Source of the DNA: Mycobacterium tuberculosis H37Rv
GTDB lineage: Bacteria; Actinomycetota; Actinomycetes; Mycobacteriales; Mycobacteriaceae
Direction: 5' to 3'
Length of the DNA stretch: 32,000 bases
Assembly: GCF_000195955.2 (NCBI RefSeq)
Contig: NC_000962.3
Span: forward strand, 1,320,001 to 1,352,000
Each line of letters opens with the position of its first letter. Within the stretch, counting starts at the first letter, position 1. The position numbers and the translations under genes were made by a program. Positions 29,332 through 32,000 of this stretch are shown here, in pieces. The notes beneath the pieces were generated by a model. The model was not told the DNA's origin and searched no databases. It saw nothing but the letters and a program-made list of their open reading frames with translations.

Positions 29332-31125
29332 GTGTCCGATTACTACGGCGGCGCACACACAACGGTCAGGCTGATCGACCTGGCAACTCGGATGCCGCGA
29401 GTGTTGGCGGACACGCCGGTGATTGTGCGTGGGGCAATGACCGGGCTGCTGGCCCGGCCGAATTCCAAGGCGTCGATCGGCACGGTGTTCCAGGACCGGG
29501 CCGCTCGCTACGGTGACCGAGTCTTCCTGAAATTCGGCGATCAGCAGCTGACCTACCGCGACGCTAACGCCACCGCCAACCGGTACGCCGCGGTGTTGGC
29601 CGCCCGCGGCGTCGGCCCCGGCGACGTCGTTGGCATCATGTTGCGTAACTCACCCAGCACAGTCTTGGCGATGCTGGCCACGGTCAAGTGCGGCGCTATC
29701 GCCGGCATGCTCAACTACCACCAGCGCGGCGAGGTGTTGGCGCACAGCCTGGGTCTGCTGGACGCGAAGGTACTGATCGCAGAGTCCGACTTGGTCAGCG
29801 CCGTCGCCGAATGCGGCGCCTCGCGCGGCCGGGTAGCGGGCGACGTGCTGACCGTCGAGGACGTGGAGCGATTCGCCACAACGGCGCCCGCCACCAACCC
29901 GGCGTCGGCGTCGGCGGTGCAAGCCAAAGACACCGCGTTCTACATCTTCACCTCGGGCACCACCGGATTTCCCAAGGCCAGTGTCATGACGCATCATCGG
30001 TGGCTGCGGGCGCTGGCCGTCTTCGGAGGGATGGGGCTGCGGCTGAAGGGTTCCGACACGCTCTACAGCTGCCTGCCGCTGTACCACAACAACGCGTTAA
30101 CGGTCGCGGTGTCGTCGGTGATCAATTCTGGGGCGACCCTGGCGCTGGGTAAGTCGTTTTCGGCGTCGCGGTTCTGGGATGAGGTGATTGCCAACCGGGC
30201 GACGGCGTTCGTCTACATCGGCGAAATCTGCCGTTATCTGCTCAACCAGCCGGCCAAGCCGACCGACCGTGCCCACCAGGTGCGGGTGATCTGCGGTAAC
30301 GGGCTGCGGCCGGAGATCTGGGATGAGTTCACCACCCGCTTCGGGGTCGCGCGGGTGTGCGAGTTCTACGCCGCCAGCGAAGGCAACTCGGCCTTTATCA
30401 ACATCTTCAACGTGCCCAGGACCGCCGGGGTATCGCCGATGCCGCTTGCCTTTGTGGAATACGACCTGGACACCGGCGATCCGCTGCGGGATGCGAGCGG
30501 GCGAGTGCGTCGGGTACCCGACGGTGAACCCGGCCTGTTGCTTAGCCGGGTCAACCGGCTGCAGCCGTTCGACGGCTACACCGACCCGGTTGCCAGCGAA
30601 AAGAAGTTGGTGCGCAACGCTTTTCGAGATGGCGACTGTTGGTTCAACACCGGTGACGTGATGAGCCCGCAGGGCATGGGCCATGCCGCCTTCGTCGATC
30701 GGCTGGGCGACACCTTCCGCTGGAAGGGCGAGAATGTCGCCACCACTCAGGTCGAAGCGGCACTGGCCTCCGACCAGACCGTCGAGGAGTGCACGGTCTA
30801 CGGCGTCCAGATTCCGCGCACCGGCGGGCGCGCCGGAATGGCCGCGATCACACTGCGCGCTGGCGCCGAATTCGACGGCCAGGCGCTGGCCCGAACGGTT
30901 TACGGTCACTTGCCCGGCTATGCACTTCCGCTCTTTGTTCGGGTAGTGGGGTCGCTGGCGCACACCACGACGTTCAAGAGTCGCAAGGTGGAGTTGCGCA
31001 ACCAGGCCTATGGCGCCGACATCGAGGATCCGCTGTACGTACTGGCCGGCCCGGACGAAGGATATGTGCCGTACTACGCCGAATACCCTGAGGAGGTTTC
31101 GCTCGGAAGGCGACCGCAGGGCTAG
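29332..31125 (+). CDS. fadD6: Fatty-acid-CoA ligase/transport protein FadD6 (Rv1206)
   Basis: 597 aa from GTG; 'AFYIFTSGTTGFPKASVMTHHRWL', 'CEFYAASEGN', 'DRLGDTFRWKGENVATTQVE' (FATP/VLACS-type). Confidence 0.94.
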   Translation: MSDYYGGAHTTVRLIDLATRMPRVLADTPVIVRGAMTGLLARPNSKASIGTVFQDRAARYGDRVFLKFGDQQLTYRDANATANRYAAVLAARGVGPGDVVGIMLRNSPSTVLAMLATVKCGAIAGMLNYHQRGEVLAHSLGLLDAKVLIAESDLVSAVAECGASRGRVAGDVLTVEDVERFATTAPATNPASASAVQAKDTAFYIFTSGTTGFPKASVMTHHRWLRALAVFGGMGLRLKGSDTLYSCLPLYHNNALTVAVSSVINSGATLALGKSFSASRFWDEVIANRATAFVYIGEICRYLLNQPAKPTDRAHQVRVICGNGLRPEIWDEFTTRFGVARVCEFYAASEGNSAFINIFNVPRTAGVSPMPLAFVEYDLDTGDPLRDASGRVRRVPDGEPGLLLSRVNRLQPFDGYTDPVASEKKLVRNAFRDGDCWFNTGDVMSPQGMGHAAFVDRLGDTFRWKGENVATTQVEAALASDQTVEECTVYGVQIPRTGGRAGMAAITLRAGAEFDGQALARTVYGHLPGYALPLFVRVVGSLAHTTTFKSRKVELRNQAYGADIEDPLYVLAGPDEGYVPYYAEYPEEVSLGRRPQG

Positions 31126-31190
31126 CGGATTCCGGGCGCAGTCTCGATACCCGCACTGGACGCTCGACGGTAACCAGGCACTATGGATGC

Positions 31191-32000
31191 GTGCGTTCAA
31201 CACCGCCGGCCTCAGCCGGTCGTTCAACACCGCCGGCGTTAGCCGGCCATTCAACACCGCCGGCGTTAGCCGGCCATTCAACGCTGTGCGGCCGTCCAGT
31301 CGCAGGTGATCGTGCGCTGATCATGGCGATCGTCAACCGCACCCCGGATTCGTTTTACGACAAGGGTGCGACTTTCAGCGACGCGGCTGCCAGAGACGCG
31401 GTCCACCGGGCCGTCGCCGACGGTGCCGACGTCATCGACGTCGGCGGTGTCAAAGCCGGCCCGGGTGAACGCGTCGACGTCGACACCGAGATCACGCGGC
31501 TGGTGCCGTTCATCGAATGGCTCCGCGGTGCTTACCCGGACCAGCTGATCAGTGTCGACACCTGGCGCGCGCAGGTGGCGAAGGCGGCCTGCGCGGCGGG
31601 GGCGGACCTGATCAACGACACCTGGGGTGGCGTCGACCCGGCCATGCCCGAGGTGGCCGCCGAGTTCGGCGCGGGCCTGGTGTGTGCGCACACCGGCGGC
31701 GCGCTGCCACGCACGCGACCCTTCCGGGTGAGCTACGGTACGACTACCCGCGGTGTGGTGGATGCTGTGATTAGCCAGGTCACAGCCGCCGCCGAGCGGG
31801 CCGTCGCGGCCGGGGTGGCCCGCGAGAAGGTGTTGATCGACCCGGCACACGACTTCGGCAAGAACACCTTCCATGGGCTGCTGCTATTGCGACACGTGGC
31901 CGATCTTGTTATGACCGGGTGGCCCGTGCTGATGGCTTTGAGCAACAAGGACGTTGTCGGGGAGACTCTGGGCGTGGATTTGACCGAACGGCTTGAGGGA
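31191..32000 (+). CDS. folP2: Dihydropteroate synthase paralog FolP2 (Rv1207), 3' end truncated by the window
   Basis: Frame from GTG 31191 reads MRSTPPASAGRSTPPALAGHSTPPALAGHST...DRALIMAIVNRTPDSFYDKGATFSD..., open to the window end; DHPS fold motifs. Confidence 0.9.
   Translation, partial: MRSTPPASAGRSTPPALAGHSTPPALAGHSTLCGRPVAGDRALIMAIVNRTPDSFYDKGATFSDAAARDAVHRAVADGADVIDVGGVKAGPGERVDVDTEITRLVPFIEWLRGAYPDQLISVDTWRAQVAKAACAAGADLINDTWGGVDPAMPEVAAEFGAGLVCAHTGGALPRTRPFRVSYGTTTRGVVDAVISQVTAAAERAVAAGVAREKVLIDPAHDFGKNTFHGLLLLRHVADLVMTGWPVLMALSNKDVVGETLGVDLTERLEG
31194..31282 (+). repeat. 27-bp tandem repeat, three full units plus 8 bp of a fourth
   Basis: Units 31194-31220, 31221-31247, 31248-31274: C[A/G]TTCAACACCGCCGGC[CTC/GTT]AGCCGG[T/C], then CATTCAAC. 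Confidence 0.95.

Noticed and set aside
30097-31281. 394-aa minus-strand ORF spanning fadD6 and the folP2 repeat.
   Set aside because: Its N-terminal 'RLTPAVLN' repeats are just the reverse strand of the 27-bp folP2 repeat, and the rest is antisense to fadD6.
31194-31282. The 27-bp repeats considered as a CRISPR fragment.
   Set aside because: Units are directly contiguous with no unique spacers and stay in frame with a protein-coding sequence.

Overview
This 32 kb window matches a Mycobacterium tuberculosis-complex chromosomal segment. I recognise the gene order and proteins as the Rv1182 to Rv1207 interval, from memory rather than by database search. Gene order: polyacyltrehalose locus end (papA3, mmpL10, Rv1184c/chp2, fadD21); proline catabolism (Rv1186c PucR-type regulator, rocA/pruA, putA/pruB); sigI; three alpha/beta hydrolases and fadD36; Rv1194c (PucR/CdaR-type regulator); PE13-PPE18-esxK-esxL; a complete 1324-bp IS1081 with perfect 15-bp terminal repeats; an MFS transporter; dapD/dapE; Rv1203c/Rv1204c; a LOG-family protein; fadD6; and the start of folP2. 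I saw no CRISPR array, phage or obviously new defence system. The least explained observations are: (1) Rv1204c and Rv1203c lie in one reading frame separated by a single TAG, so they look like one LAL-type ATPase/regulator split by an amber codon and lacking a LuxR HTH; (2) GTGCA-N3-TGCAC palindromes occur repeatedly in the Rv1194c/PE13 divergent intergenic region; (3) conserved MmpL N-terminal sequence extends upstream of the only usual start codon of mmpL10, consistent with a lost base in a C run or an ATT start; (4) three 27-bp tandem repeats sit at the extreme N-terminus of folP2.
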